Program-made: the position numbers and the translations under genes | In this document: positions 8,096 to 17,871 of the stretch, piece after piece | How positions within the stretch are numbered: position 1 is the first letter of the stretch | Layout of the letters: every line of letters begins with the position of its first letter | Notes under the pieces: generated by a model | Database searches by the model: none | Seen by the model: only the letters and a program-made list of their open reading frames with translations | What the model was told of the DNA's origin: nothing | Assembly (NCBI GenBank): GCA_015066815.1 | Contig: SVNR01000001.1 | Span: 7,215-71,214 of the forward strand | Length of the DNA: 64,000 nt | Source of the DNA: Ruminococcus sp. | GTDB taxonomy: Bacteria > Bacillota > Clostridia > Oscillospirales > Ruminococcaceae | Direction: 5' to 3'

Positions 8096-10342
8096 TTAAA
8101 TATAACAGAGTGTATCCTCATCATCAATTTCGTTATCATTGACTCCGAACTCTTGCTCTGTTTTTTCATCTTCTATCACAAAATTTCCTTGCTGCATATT
8201 CCACAAACGGCTGTATCTGCCGTTCATAGCAAGCAATTCATCATGTGTTCCCTGTTCAATGATTTCACCCTTATCAAGAACAAGTATCAAATCACAATTT
8301 CTTATTGTTGCAAGACGATGTGCAATAATAAGCATGGACTTATTCCTGAACTTATTATAAATCATATCAAAAATGATATTTTCCGTAGCAAAATCAAGAT
8401 TACTTGTAGACTCATCAAGAATATAAAAATTACTCTTTTTGAGAAAAGCTCTTGCAAGCGCTATACGCTGTTTTTCACCACCGCTAAGGCCATTTCCTGC
8501 CTCTTGCAGATATGTATGATACTGCATAGGCAATTTCTTTATAAAATCATGAGCATCAGCTTCTTTTGCAGCTTGTTTCACTTCTTCAAGAGTTGAGTTC
8601 ATTTTTGAAACTCTTATATTATCATAAATACTCTTTGAAAATAGTTCAATCGTCTGTGGAACATATGAAATTGTTCTTCTGACAGATTCGTTTTCGTATT
8701 CATTAATATCAACACCATCAATCAAGATTTCTCCGTTTTCAGGTTCATAATACTTTAGAAGAAGCTTTGCTATAGTTGATTTTCCGCTCCCGCTTTCGCC
8801 GACAAGTGCGACTTTTTTCCCTTTTGGAATTGTAAATGAAATATTATTGAGAACAGGCTTTCTGTTTCCATATCTGAATGTAACATTGTTAATTTCAATA
8901 TCCCCATCGACACTTTCAAGTTCGGTAAATTCACCCTCTGCCTGCTCTGTATCATAATCAAGAATTTCCGTAATTCTCTTCATAGATATATTAGCTTCCT
9001 GAATCTGAAGCTGCAGACTTACCAATCTTCCTACAGGATCCATAAAGTATTCTGCCATAGTAGTAAATGCCATAAAACTTCCGAGTGTAAGATTTCCGTC
9101 AATAACCTGTCTGATTCCAAAATACATCAATATCAGATTTCCTGCTGTAGATATCAACCCCGAAATCGATCCCTGTACTGTTGAAAGCATTCCTTCTTTC
9201 ATCCCGATTCGAAGAGATTTTATGTATTCTTTTTCAATGCTTTCTAATTCTGCATCTTCATTTGCATTTCCTTTTATAGTTTCAACTGCTCTTAATCCCT
9301 CAATAATCTGAGAATTGAGAGCAGATGATTGCTGCATCTGTTCTTCATTGATTTTCTTATAGGGCTGCCTGAAAATAAACACAAGAAGAATGCTGCATAT
9401 TGTAAGACAAATTATAATACCGAAAAGTGAAAGATTCATATTTAAAAGGATTATACCCGTAATAAGAGCCATGGCAACATCTATAATGAGCGTAAGAGCA
9501 ATATTTGTAAATATATCCTTTATCGTAAAAGCATCGCTGAATCTTGTTATGATATCGCCGGTTTTTCTTGAAGCAAAGAACTTCATAGGAAGCTTGTATA
9601 TATGCTCAAAATAACCAAGCAACAATGGTATATCTATTTTCTGAGATAAATATATCATCATCCATTGTCTTACAAATCCTATAGTCGTTTGAACAACTGC
9701 TAACACTGCAAAGACTATTACTACAAGCAACAGTGAATTCTCAAGCTTGTATGGTAGTATTTCATCCATTAATATCTTATTGAACAAGGATGAACATATC
9801 CCCAGAACCGTCAGTATCAGAGAAGCAATAATTGAATAAACAAATAATTTCTTATGCGGGAGAAGTAACTTTATAAATCTGCTGAAGATTTTTCCTTTCT
9901 CATTTTTTCCTGACTCAAAAGCTGTGTTTGGTTTTAGTATCAGTAATGTACCAGTAAAAGTCTGATAAAACTCGTCAAGAGTTATCTTCATAAGATCTCT
10001 GGCCGGGTCTCCTATAACAACATAATCAACATTTTTTTTACGAATCTTTTTAAATACAACAACAAAGTGACTTAATCCCTCTTTAGTTATTACGTTAGCT
10101 ATACAAGGCAGTGTAAAGTCTGATAAAAAATTCTCTCTGTCAACCCTGACAGCCTGAGATGTAAAACCCAAAGCATCAACACACCTGGAAAGTCCTACAA
10201 GGTTTGTTCCTTTCAGATCAGTACCCATCATATCACGAAGTTGTGTTATTGTGGTTTCTTTTCTATAATGAAGACATACCATAGCAAGACACGCTGCAGC
10301 GCAATCCGTTGCATCATGCTGCTTCACAAAAGTATTTCTCAT
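8096..10342 (-). CDS. Peptidase-containing ABC transporter (C39 + TMD + NBD)
   Basis: QHDATDCAAAC, H/D of the C39 triad (HFVV..GDP), GESGSGKST, LSGGEKQR, ILDE. Confidence 0.95.
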   Translation of the reverse strand: MRNTFVKQHDATDCAAACLAMVCLHYRKETTITQLRDMMGTDLKGTNLVGLSRCVDALGFTSQAVRVDRENFLSDFTLPCIANVITKEGLSHFVVVFKKIRKKNVDYVVIGDPARDLMKITLDEFYQTFTGTLLILKPNTAFESGKNEKGKIFSRFIKLLLPHKKLFVYSIIASLILTVLGICSSLFNKILMDEILPYKLENSLLLVVIVFAVLAVVQTTIGFVRQWMMIYLSQKIDIPLLLGYFEHIYKLPMKFFASRKTGDIITRFSDAFTIKDIFTNIALTLIIDVAMALITGIILLNMNLSLFGIIICLTICSILLVFIFRQPYKKINEEQMQQSSALNSQIIEGLRAVETIKGNANEDAELESIEKEYIKSLRIGMKEGMLSTVQGSISGLISTAGNLILMYFGIRQVIDGNLTLGSFMAFTTMAEYFMDPVGRLVSLQLQIQEANISMKRITEILDYDTEQAEGEFTELESVDGDIEINNVTFRYGNRKPVLNNISFTIPKGKKVALVGESGSGKSTIAKLLLKYYEPENGEILIDGVDINEYENESVRRTISYVPQTIELFSKSIYDNIRVSKMNSTLEEVKQAAKEADAHDFIKKLPMQYHTYLQEAGNGLSGGEKQRIALARAFLKKSNFYILDESTSNLDFATENIIFDMIYNKFRNKSMLIIAHRLATIRNCDLILVLDKGEIIEQGTHDELLAMNGRYSRLWNMQQGNFVIEDEKTEQEFGVNDNEIDDEDTLCYI

Positions 10343-10405
10343 TTTTTTGTATCTCCTTATTAATTGTCGCAAATTTATCTCTTTTTTATTAAATTTCGTG
10401 ATATC

Positions 10406-10434
10406 ATTCTACTACATTCTACATATAAGGTCAA
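10406..10434 (-). promoter_or_regulatory. sigmaA promoter of the transporter operon
   Basis: TTGACC-17-TAGAAT. Confidence 0.65.
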
Positions 10435-10648
10435 TAATAAAATCATATTCTTTTTCCACCGCATTCAAAACTTCATTAAACATAACAATTATATGTATAT
10501 TCATTGTGCAATAACCATTATTATGTACAAAACAAATTGTGAGCAACTCTTTGATTTTTTGTTCTTTTTTTAATATTTGTCTGGTCTTATGCTGAATATG
10601 ACACATAATTCTCTCTTAAATCCACAGTCACGCTGTAAAAAAATTTTA

Positions 10649-10692
10649 AAAAAAACATCCTTTGTACCACCTGATACAAAGGATGTTTTTTT
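10649..10692. terminator. Bidirectional terminator at the right island border
   Basis: aaaaaaacatcctttgta/tacaaaggatgttttttt. Confidence 0.7.
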
Positions 10693-10729
10693 ATAGTGAA
10701 AGTCAGATTTATTTTGACTTTCACTATAA
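10691..10729. repeat. REP-like palindrome copy 2
   Basis: ttatagtgaaagtca-gatttattt-tgactttcactataa. Confidence 0.85.
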
Positions 10730-10757
10730 TAAAAGAGAAAAATTATGAAAATCCGTT

Positions 10758-11921
10758 TTAACCCTTGGCGGCTCTGAACGCTGCCTTTGCAAAGTTATAG
10801 AAGTGTGCTCTTACCGTAACGCCGTCGTGACCGCCCTGGGGCACCTCCTGCCATACATGGTCACAACCGTTTTTTGTAAGAATGTTATGATAGCGCTGAG
10901 GATGATCACCTACGACGCCATCCATTGCCGCACCTGAGATCATAAGCACATACGGCCGGTTTGCACCCTCTTCTGTCTTGAATTCAGCTTCCTGCATACA
11001 GCCGGGATGTATCATGAAGTTATCCTGTGTGGGTGTTATTCCCGGTGCAGGACATGCTCCTCCTATGTAGCCGAAGATATCAGGCCTTGATATCCCGATA
11101 TAGAGAGCCTCCCTGCCGCCCATTGAAAAGCCCGTGATAGCTGTGTTTTCGCGGCCTGTTTTTACAGAAAAATTCTTCTCTATATATGGCATAAGATCCT
11201 TGGTGAGATCGTCAAGATAAGCGTCATAGCCCTTGGTAGTGTTCACGTCAAAACCGCTCGGAGAAGCCATAGTACTGCTTGAGAACATGTTTCCGCATAC
11301 GATTATCATTTTTTCAGCCTCTCCTCTTGCTGCAAGATTGGCTGAAATAGTCTGTATACCCATACCTGCCTCAAGCATTGAGTTTTCATCTCCGAAAATA
11401 CCGTGGTTCACATACATAACAGGATACTTTTCGTTTTCGCTGTAGCCTGCCGGCAAAATAACGTTTGCTGACTTCTGTCTGTTTGCAGTTGTCGAAAAAT
11501 ACGATATCTTCTTTACAGTTCCATAGTCAACATCCGGCTGCTTCGAGGAAGCATATGACGGCTCAGGAGTGGAAAGGTTTTCTCTGAGCTGCTGCATATA
11601 CTGTGAAGGCGATATATCAGAAGGCATCTGAGGGAGTCTGACAGCCGGAAGATTCTTCTCAAGACCGAGAAAATATTTCTGAAGAAGAACAAGATCAGCT
11701 GTATTCACATGTCCGTCTGCATTTACATCAGCTGCCGCTGACGCTGCAGTTTCCTCTATAAGTACGCTCTTTACAAAACACAGATCCGCTATGTTTACAC
11801 TCCCATCAAGGTTAATATCTCCGGGAACAGCACCGTCTGCCGCATGTACCGGAAAAAACGTCATAATACCTGAAGCTGTACACGCAGCGAGAACTGCCGC
11901 AGCTGATTTTTTAAAATTCAT
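10758..11921 (-). CDS. Dockerin + CE1 (feruloyl esterase-like) esterase
   Basis: Signal peptide; GDINLDGSVNIAD / ADVNADGHVNTAD dockerin; GFSMGG nucleophile; GGH. Confidence 0.9.
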   Translation of the reverse strand: MNFKKSAAAVLAACTASGIMTFFPVHAADGAVPGDINLDGSVNIADLCFVKSVLIEETAASAAADVNADGHVNTADLVLLQKYFLGLEKNLPAVRLPQMPSDISPSQYMQQLRENLSTPEPSYASSKQPDVDYGTVKKISYFSTTANRQKSANVILPAGYSENEKYPVMYVNHGIFGDENSMLEAGMGIQTISANLAARGEAEKMIIVCGNMFSSSTMASPSGFDVNTTKGYDAYLDDLTKDLMPYIEKNFSVKTGRENTAITGFSMGGREALYIGISRPDIFGYIGGACPAPGITPTQDNFMIHPGCMQEAEFKTEEGANRPYVLMISGAAMDGVVGDHPQRYHNILTKNGCDHVWQEVPQGGHDGVTVRAHFYNFAKAAFRAAKG

Positions 11922-12034
11922 TTTAATTCCTCCTGACACATCAGAAAATACAGTAAATGAAAAAATATCAAGCATAAAAACACTGTAAAAATCAATATTT
12001 TTTCTCTCTCAAACACAGGTTTTTTTATGTGTAC

Positions 12035-12064
12035 ATTATACCATGCGCCGATCTGTTTAATCAA
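12035..12064 (-). promoter_or_regulatory. sigmaA promoter of the first esterase
   Basis: TTGATT-18-TATAAT with TG extension. Confidence 0.55.
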
Positions 12065-12197
12065 TAGAAACGGACAATGAAGAAAATATATTACCTATTT
12101 AAGTAAAAATATTTCATTATACTGATGCTTAAACTTGAAGAAACAGCAAAAAACGAGAGCATGCTCCTCATGAACATGCTCTTTGCATAATATTTTT

Positions 12198-13862
12198 TTA
12201 CCACGATGTCCTGAACAGCATTCTGAGGAGATTGTAGAAGTGAGGTTCTACAGAGTTTGCTCCGTGAGCTCCTCCCGGAATAGTCTGGAACATATGGTTT
12301 ACACCGTTTTTGGTGAGAAGCTTGTCATACTTTGCAGGACTGTCATAAACTACGGTATCGTTTGAACCTGCTGTCACAAGTATCATATACGGCATTTCTT
12401 TTGCAGGCTTTAGCTGATTTTCCTGCAGCTGGCCCGGATGCATATTCGGGTCACCCGGCGTAAGTCCGGGAGCCGGACATGCAGAGCCGACATATCCGAA
12501 CAGGTCACTGCGTGTAAGACCAATAAACAGCGATTCTCTTCCTCCCATTGAGAAGCCCGTGATAGCTGTGTTTTCACGGCCGGTCTTTATTGAAAAATTC
12601 TTTTCAACGTAAGGCATAAGATCTGTCACAAGATCGTTTATGAAGTTATCGTAGTTAAGTGAATTCTGAAGGTCCATGCCTGTACAGGACGGCATTGTCT
12701 TGCTTGTGTAAATATACGGGAAAACTATGATCATTTTTTCAGCTTCACCGGACCTGATGAGATTTCCGAGCTGTCTCTGTGCAGCGCTCATCTTTACAAG
12801 TGAGTCTTCATTTTCCCAGTAACCGTGCATCGCATAGAGAACAGGGTATTTTTCATTCTCGTTGTATCCGGGCGGAAGGAGTATGTTTACAGGTGTATCT
12901 CTCTCTCTTGTTGTAGAGTAGTATGTGTATTTTTTCAGATTACCATAGTCTGCACCATTGGCAGCAGCCGTTATACCCTGAGGTATGCTTGTTGTGAGGA
13001 GCTTTGACGCCTGAGCCATATATTCATCGGGAGCAAGAAAATCTCCTGAATTATCCGGAGCGTCATTTTCCCCCTTTTCAAAAGCATCTATCATTCCAAG
13101 GAGGTATTCTTTAAGCATTATGGCATCCTTTGTATTTACCGCTCCGCTCATGTTTACATCTGCCTTCTTAACGTATTTGCCTTCAAAATCCCCGAGGATC
13201 CCGCTCTTCATAAGTACAAAATCCGCAACTGTTATACGGCCGTCACCGTCTATATCACCGGATACGAGCTTTACCGGCAAAGGTCCGTCAATCTCCGTGC
13301 CGGCAGCAGCCCCGATAATCTCATCTACATAAAAATCACAGATCTCTTCGGTTGTTTCAGCAATAAGTATGAGCTCTGTCGCACCCTCAGGAATCCTGAA
13401 CGACGGGTTATAGAGCTGTACATACTTACCTTTGATAGTGGTCTTCATGTCTATTTCGGAATAGTTTGTTTCTCCGGCTGCATCGTTATACTGAAGAGTA
13501 AGCTTGAACTCCGTCTGTTCTGCACCGCTGAAGCTTGCAAAGCATGCACTGAAGGCGTATTCCTTGCCGGGTTCAAACGTTGCTGTACTGAGAGCCTTCT
13601 GACCGCCGTTCCACACTTCTCTGCGTCCTGATAATAAAAGTGCTCCGGAACCTGCATACGCCGAGCCTTGTTCAACACCTGCCCTGCAGCCTCCTCTTTC
13701 ACTCCAGCCGTCTGCTCCGTCTTCAAAAGTATCATAAAAATAATACTCTCCGGAATCAGCAGCCGAAACCCGTGTCAATGATGACTGAGGCATAACACCT
13801 GCCATACCTGCTGTAACTGCCGATGCTGATACAGCAGCTAAAATTTTTCTGAATTTTTGCAT
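12198..13862 (-). CDS. CBM22/CBM4_9 + dockerin + CE1 esterase
   Basis: Signal peptide; DTFEDGADGW...SGR..WNG CBM pattern; GDIDGDGRITVAD dockerin; GFSMGG; GAH. Confidence 0.9.
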   Translation of the reverse strand: MQKFRKILAAVSASAVTAGMAGVMPQSSLTRVSAADSGEYYFYDTFEDGADGWSERGGCRAGVEQGSAYAGSGALLLSGRREVWNGGQKALSTATFEPGKEYAFSACFASFSGAEQTEFKLTLQYNDAAGETNYSEIDMKTTIKGKYVQLYNPSFRIPEGATELILIAETTEEICDFYVDEIIGAAAGTEIDGPLPVKLVSGDIDGDGRITVADFVLMKSGILGDFEGKYVKKADVNMSGAVNTKDAIMLKEYLLGMIDAFEKGENDAPDNSGDFLAPDEYMAQASKLLTTSIPQGITAAANGADYGNLKKYTYYSTTRERDTPVNILLPPGYNENEKYPVLYAMHGYWENEDSLVKMSAAQRQLGNLIRSGEAEKMIIVFPYIYTSKTMPSCTGMDLQNSLNYDNFINDLVTDLMPYVEKNFSIKTGRENTAITGFSMGGRESLFIGLTRSDLFGYVGSACPAPGLTPGDPNMHPGQLQENQLKPAKEMPYMILVTAGSNDTVVYDSPAKYDKLLTKNGVNHMFQTIPGGAHGANSVEPHFYNLLRMLFRTSW

Positions 13863-13908
13863 ATAGATCCTCCCGAAAAAAAATTCTAAAGACATTTATG
13901 ATTTGTAT

Positions 13909-13937
13909 ATTATACCACAGTATTTTCAAGAATTCAA
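13909..13937 (-). promoter_or_regulatory. sigmaA promoter of the second esterase
   Basis: TTGAAT-17-TATAAT with TG extension. Confidence 0.7.
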
Positions 13938-13978
13938 CATATTTTTTAAAAAAAGAGTCATAAATATGACTATAAAAA

Positions 13979-14025
13979 CAGGCTCTGCCCGTATGATTTT
14001 TATCACACGAGCAGAGCCTGCTTTT
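13979..14025. terminator. Terminator downstream of the TPM-like gene
   Basis: caggctctgc/gcagagcctg stem with flanking A/T runs. Confidence 0.6.
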
Positions 14026-14049
14026 ATTTTTTTCTCTTACTATAGATTA

Positions 14050-15108
14050 TCAGTCTATCTCCGGTCCGTCATAATCTTCGGATATTTCTTTTTCATATTC
14101 ATTTGCTGAAAAATCACTTTCCGGGCTTGCAGACATTTCAGAATTCTGATGAGCGTTTTGCGGACTTGAAAAATCATTTCCGATCACATATGGATTGGCC
14201 TGACTGCCGTCTTCCGACAAAACGTAAACGTTCATTTTTTTCCCGTTTCCATATTCTATAACACCTGTTTTTTTACTTTTCATACCAAGGATAGTCGATA
14301 TTATCAGTATGAACACAACAATATTCCAGACACCTATCATGAGCATTGAATTAAAAATACTGCCTATATTGATCTTCATGGATGTTCTGTGTCCGGGTTT
14401 TCTGGTAAATGCTTTTATAAAGGCATCTTCTGTGGTGTTGCTGTTGTCTCTGAGCTCTTCCTGAAGCTTTTTCTTAAACTCTGAAAAATCATCTTCTGAT
14501 ATTACTCCGAGTGTACGGTCGCCCTGTATTACATCACAGCTCCAGTTTGTACCACGGTCCTTGGTGCCGGCCGGCTGGGAATAAACAACGAGCAAGTGCT
14601 GTTCATCTGAAAAATACCCGTTATCCATATAAACCTCATAGGCAAAATCCTTAAGCTCTGCAAACGGTGCGCTCCATATTTCCTCATCAATAGTAAATAT
14701 AAAAGGACATACTCCTGTTTTTTCTTTATAAGTTTCAAGAGCCTTGTCAAGCTCGGATGTATCTGAAAAAAATCCGGAATAATCAGATATATGACTTGAA
14801 TGCGAACATTTTACCGGCTCGATTTTTTCCGGCTTTATGTTAGTGGAATTTCTTAATGTTCTGAAAAACAAAAGAAAGCTTATGAGCATCATAGGAATAA
14901 GAACTGCAAGCCTTGCTATACCTGCTTTCTTTGAAACTGCATTCTGAGCCATAGCCATATCGCCGTCGCTGTCTGCCAGACTATGGTACCTGGAACGGTG
15001 ACGATGTGAACTGCCGTGATTCAATCCTCCGTGATATGTTCTTTGATGAAAAGAGCTGTTGTGGTGAGAACCTCCGTGGTGATGTCCTCCGCCTGATCTG
15101 TGTGACAT
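14050..15108 (-). CDS. Membrane protein with His/Gly-rich N-terminus and a TPM-like domain
   Basis: Two TM segments flank HISDYSGFF...ELDKAL..YKEKTGVCPF...DEQHLLVVYS; RBS aggag. Confidence 0.6.
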   Translation of the reverse strand: MSHRSGGGHHHGGSHHNSSFHQRTYHGGLNHGSSHRHRSRYHSLADSDGDMAMAQNAVSKKAGIARLAVLIPMMLISFLLFFRTLRNSTNIKPEKIEPVKCSHSSHISDYSGFFSDTSELDKALETYKEKTGVCPFIFTIDEEIWSAPFAELKDFAYEVYMDNGYFSDEQHLLVVYSQPAGTKDRGTNWSCDVIQGDRTLGVISEDDFSEFKKKLQEELRDNSNTTEDAFIKAFTRKPGHRTSMKINIGSIFNSMLMIGVWNIVVFILIISTILGMKSKKTGVIEYGNGKKMNVYVLSEDGSQANPYVIGNDFSSPQNAHQNSEMSASPESDFSANEYEKEISEDYDGPEID

Positions 15109-15168
15109 AAAAAATCAATCTCCTGTTCTTTTTTATTTTGATAGCTATATGTTTTTCATATACAGTCG

Positions 15169-15198
15169 ATTATATCATAATCACGGGTAAAATGTCAA
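15169..15198 (-). promoter_or_regulatory. sigmaA promoter of the TPM-like gene
   Basis: TTGACA-18-TATAAT. Confidence 0.65.
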
Positions 15199-15199
15199 A

Positions 15200-15236
15200 T
15201 TATGAAAGCCGGATTTATTCTGACGTTCACTATAAT
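15200..15236. repeat. Degenerate REP-like palindrome copy 3
   Basis: Right arm tgacgttcactataa intact, left arm decayed (ttatgaaagccggattt). Confidence 0.55.
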
Positions 15237-15516
15237 TAATAGAAAAAAATCCGGTTATATAAAACAAGATATATATACCACAGATAAATTTCATAAAAAA
15301 AAAGGATAAAAACGGAATATAAACATCTGTTTTTATCCTTTTTTCAGTTTCTGAATTTTTCGGCAAATCTAACAAAAAACTGGCTTTAAAGTAATCCGTT
15401 ATTTAGTTCGTCATATATCGATATATACAATACCAATATGCAAAACTGGCAATTCCGCAATTATATCAATTGTGATATAATAAATGTAAATATGTAAAGT
15501 AGGAGAGGTGTATTCT

Positions 15517-16446
15517 ATGAATAAAATTTCTATCATCGGTGCCGGCAGCGTCGGCTCCACAATCGCGTACACACTTACAGTAATGGGTATTGCTTCTGAG
15601 ATCGTAATGATCGATATCAATACTGCAAAGGCAGAGGGCGAAGCTCTTGATATCATTCAGGGCACACCGTTCTGCAACCCTTGCTCAATCTACCAGGGCA
15701 GCTATGAAGATGCTGAAGGTTCAGACATTGTAATCCTCACATCCGGCATCGCAAGAAAGCCCGGTCAGACAAGACTTGAGCTTGCTCAGACAAACGTAAA
15801 CATCACAAAGTCAATCATTCCTGAAATCACAAAGCATGCTCCGGATGCGATCTACATCATTGTCAGCAACCCTGTTGACGTACTGACATACACATTCTGC
15901 AAGCTTTCAGGTATTCCTGAAAACCGCATCATCGGTTCAGGCACTATCATTGACACATCACGTCTTCGTGCAAAGCTCAGCGAATGCTACAACGTAAGCC
16001 AGAACAACGTTCACTCTTACGTATTCGGCGAGCATGGCGATTCTTCATTTGTTCCGTGGTCCCTCGCAAACATCTCCGGTATCCCTATGGATGAGTGCGG
16101 CAAGTTCTTCGGAACACCTGACGTAAACTACGATGAGATTGAAGACTTCGTAAGAAAGTCCGGCGGACAGGTAATCCAGCGCAAGGGTGCTACATTCTAT
16201 GCAGTAGCTATCTCAGTATGCCACATCTGCGAGCGCATTCTCCACGGTATCGACACAGCTATGCCTGTTTCAACAATGATGCACGGCGAATACGGCGTTG
16301 ACGATGTATGTCTCAGCACTCTCAACCTCGTAGGAAAAATGGGCGTACGCAGCAAGGTTAACGTTCCTCTTACAGAAGAAGAACAGGTTAAGCTCCGCCG
16401 CAGCGCAGATGCACTCAAGCAGGTTATCAACAGTCTCGAAATCTAA
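15517..16446 (+). CDS. mdh: LDH/MDH-family dehydrogenase, probably malate dehydrogenase
   Basis: GAGSVG, GEHGDS; the specificity loop ARKPG has Arg (MDH-type) rather than Gln; precedes fumarase. Confidence 0.8.
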   Translation: MNKISIIGAGSVGSTIAYTLTVMGIASEIVMIDINTAKAEGEALDIIQGTPFCNPCSIYQGSYEDAEGSDIVILTSGIARKPGQTRLELAQTNVNITKSIIPEITKHAPDAIYIIVSNPVDVLTYTFCKLSGIPENRIIGSGTIIDTSRLRAKLSECYNVSQNNVHSYVFGEHGDSSFVPWSLANISGIPMDECGKFFGTPDVNYDEIEDFVRKSGGQVIQRKGATFYAVAISVCHICERILHGIDTAMPVSTMMHGEYGVDDVCLSTLNLVGKMGVRSKVNVPLTEEEQVKLRRSADALKQVINSLEI

Positions 16447-16466
16447 TCATCAAGGTGGTAAAAAAT

Positions 16467-17843
16467 ATGGAATATCGTATAGAACATGATTCTATGGGCG
16501 AAATGAAAGTTCCGGCTGACCGTCTCTGGGCAGCTCAGACACAGAGAAGCCATGAGAATTTTGAAATCGGCGTTGACATAGAAACAATGCCAAGAGAAAT
16601 AACTCATGCTTTCGGAATTCTCAAAAAAGCAGCAGCTCTTGCAAATCACGAGCTCAAGAGCGAAAAAATGACAGCTGAAAAGCTCAGCGTTATCACAAAG
16701 GCATGCGACGAGGTTATCTCCGGTGAGCTCAACAGCCACTTCCCTCTCGTAGTATGGCAGACAGGTTCAGGCACACAGTCAAACATGAACGCAAACGAGG
16801 TTATCGCAAACCGCGCAAACCAGCTTGCTGACAAGAAGCTTGTTCATCCTAACGATGACATAAACATGAGCCAGTCTTCAAACGACACTTTCCCGACTGC
16901 TATGCACATATCAGCAGTTATCGCTATCGAAGATAAGCTTATTCCTGCTGTTGAAACACTTATCGAAACATTCAAAAGACTCGAAGCTGAAAACGAAGGA
17001 ATCGTAAAGTCCGGTCGTACACACCTCCAGGACGCAACACCTATCACATTCAGCCAGGAAATAAGCGGATGGCGTTCAAGCCTCGAAAGAGACGCAGAGC
17101 TCCTCAGAATGTCTGTAAAGCCTCTCTGTGAGCTTGCACTCGGCGGAACAGCTGTCGGCACAGGTCTTAACGCTCCTAAGGGATTCTCAGAGCTTGTTGC
17201 CGCTAAGGTGGCAGAGCTTACAGGAAAGCCTTTTGTAACTGCACCTAACAAGTTCCACGCTCTCACATCAAAGGATGAATTCGTGTTTGCACACAGTGCT
17301 ATCAAGGCTACTGCATGCGATATGATGAAGATCGCAAACGACATCCGCTGGCTCGCATCCGGTCCGCGTGACGGTCTCGGAGAGATCCGCATTCCTGAAA
17401 ACGAACCGGGTTCATCAATCATGCCGGGCAAGGTAAACCCGACACAGTGCGAAGCTGTAACTATGGTTGCCGTTCAGGTAATGGGCAATGATACAGCAGT
17501 TACTGTAGCTGCTTCTCAGGGTAACTTTGAGCTCAACGTATTCATGCCGGTTGCTGCATATAACTTCCTCCAGTCCGCACGTCTCCTTGCTGAAGCAATA
17601 ATCTCCTTCAACAAGAACTGTGCAGTAGGCATCACTGCCGACAAGGAAAAAATGCATCACAATCTCCATAACTCACTTATGCTTGTAACAGCTCTCAACC
17701 CGTACATCGGTTATGAGAACGCTGCAAAAACAGCTAAAAAAGCTTATAAAGACAACATTTCCCTCAAGGAAGCCTGCGTTGAGTTAGGATTCCTTACAGC
17801 GGAAAAATTTGACGAGGTATTCCATCCGGAACAGATGGTATAA
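16467..17843 (+). CDS. fumC: Class II fumarate hydratase
   Basis: GSSIMPGKVNP signature; QTGSGT, SGRTHLQDATP. Confidence 0.95.
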   Translation: MEYRIEHDSMGEMKVPADRLWAAQTQRSHENFEIGVDIETMPREITHAFGILKKAAALANHELKSEKMTAEKLSVITKACDEVISGELNSHFPLVVWQTGSGTQSNMNANEVIANRANQLADKKLVHPNDDINMSQSSNDTFPTAMHISAVIAIEDKLIPAVETLIETFKRLEAENEGIVKSGRTHLQDATPITFSQEISGWRSSLERDAELLRMSVKPLCELALGGTAVGTGLNAPKGFSELVAAKVAELTGKPFVTAPNKFHALTSKDEFVFAHSAIKATACDMMKIANDIRWLASGPRDGLGEIRIPENEPGSSIMPGKVNPTQCEAVTMVAVQVMGNDTAVTVAASQGNFELNVFMPVAAYNFLQSARLLAEAIISFNKNCAVGITADKEKMHHNLHNSLMLVTALNPYIGYENAAKTAKKAYKDNISLKEACVELGFLTAEKFDEVFHPEQMV

Positions 17844-17871
17844 TCTCTTGAAACTATTTTGGAGGTAAACA

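Noticed and set aside
3480-10650. Island as an integrative element with att sites
   Set aside because: No integrase, tRNA target or flanking direct repeat was found by eye
15297-15345. Hairpin in the divergent TPM/mdh intergenic region as an sRNA end
   Set aside because: No supporting promoter or conservation evidence; may be an insulator or a remnant
15470-15487. Canonical Rex operator
   Set aside because: Only the TTGTGA half matches; the right half does not
15517-16446. L-lactate dehydrogenase
   Set aside because: Arg in the specificity loop and the operon context favour MDH
16844-17431. 195-aa minus-strand ORF
   Set aside because: Antisense shadow of fumC
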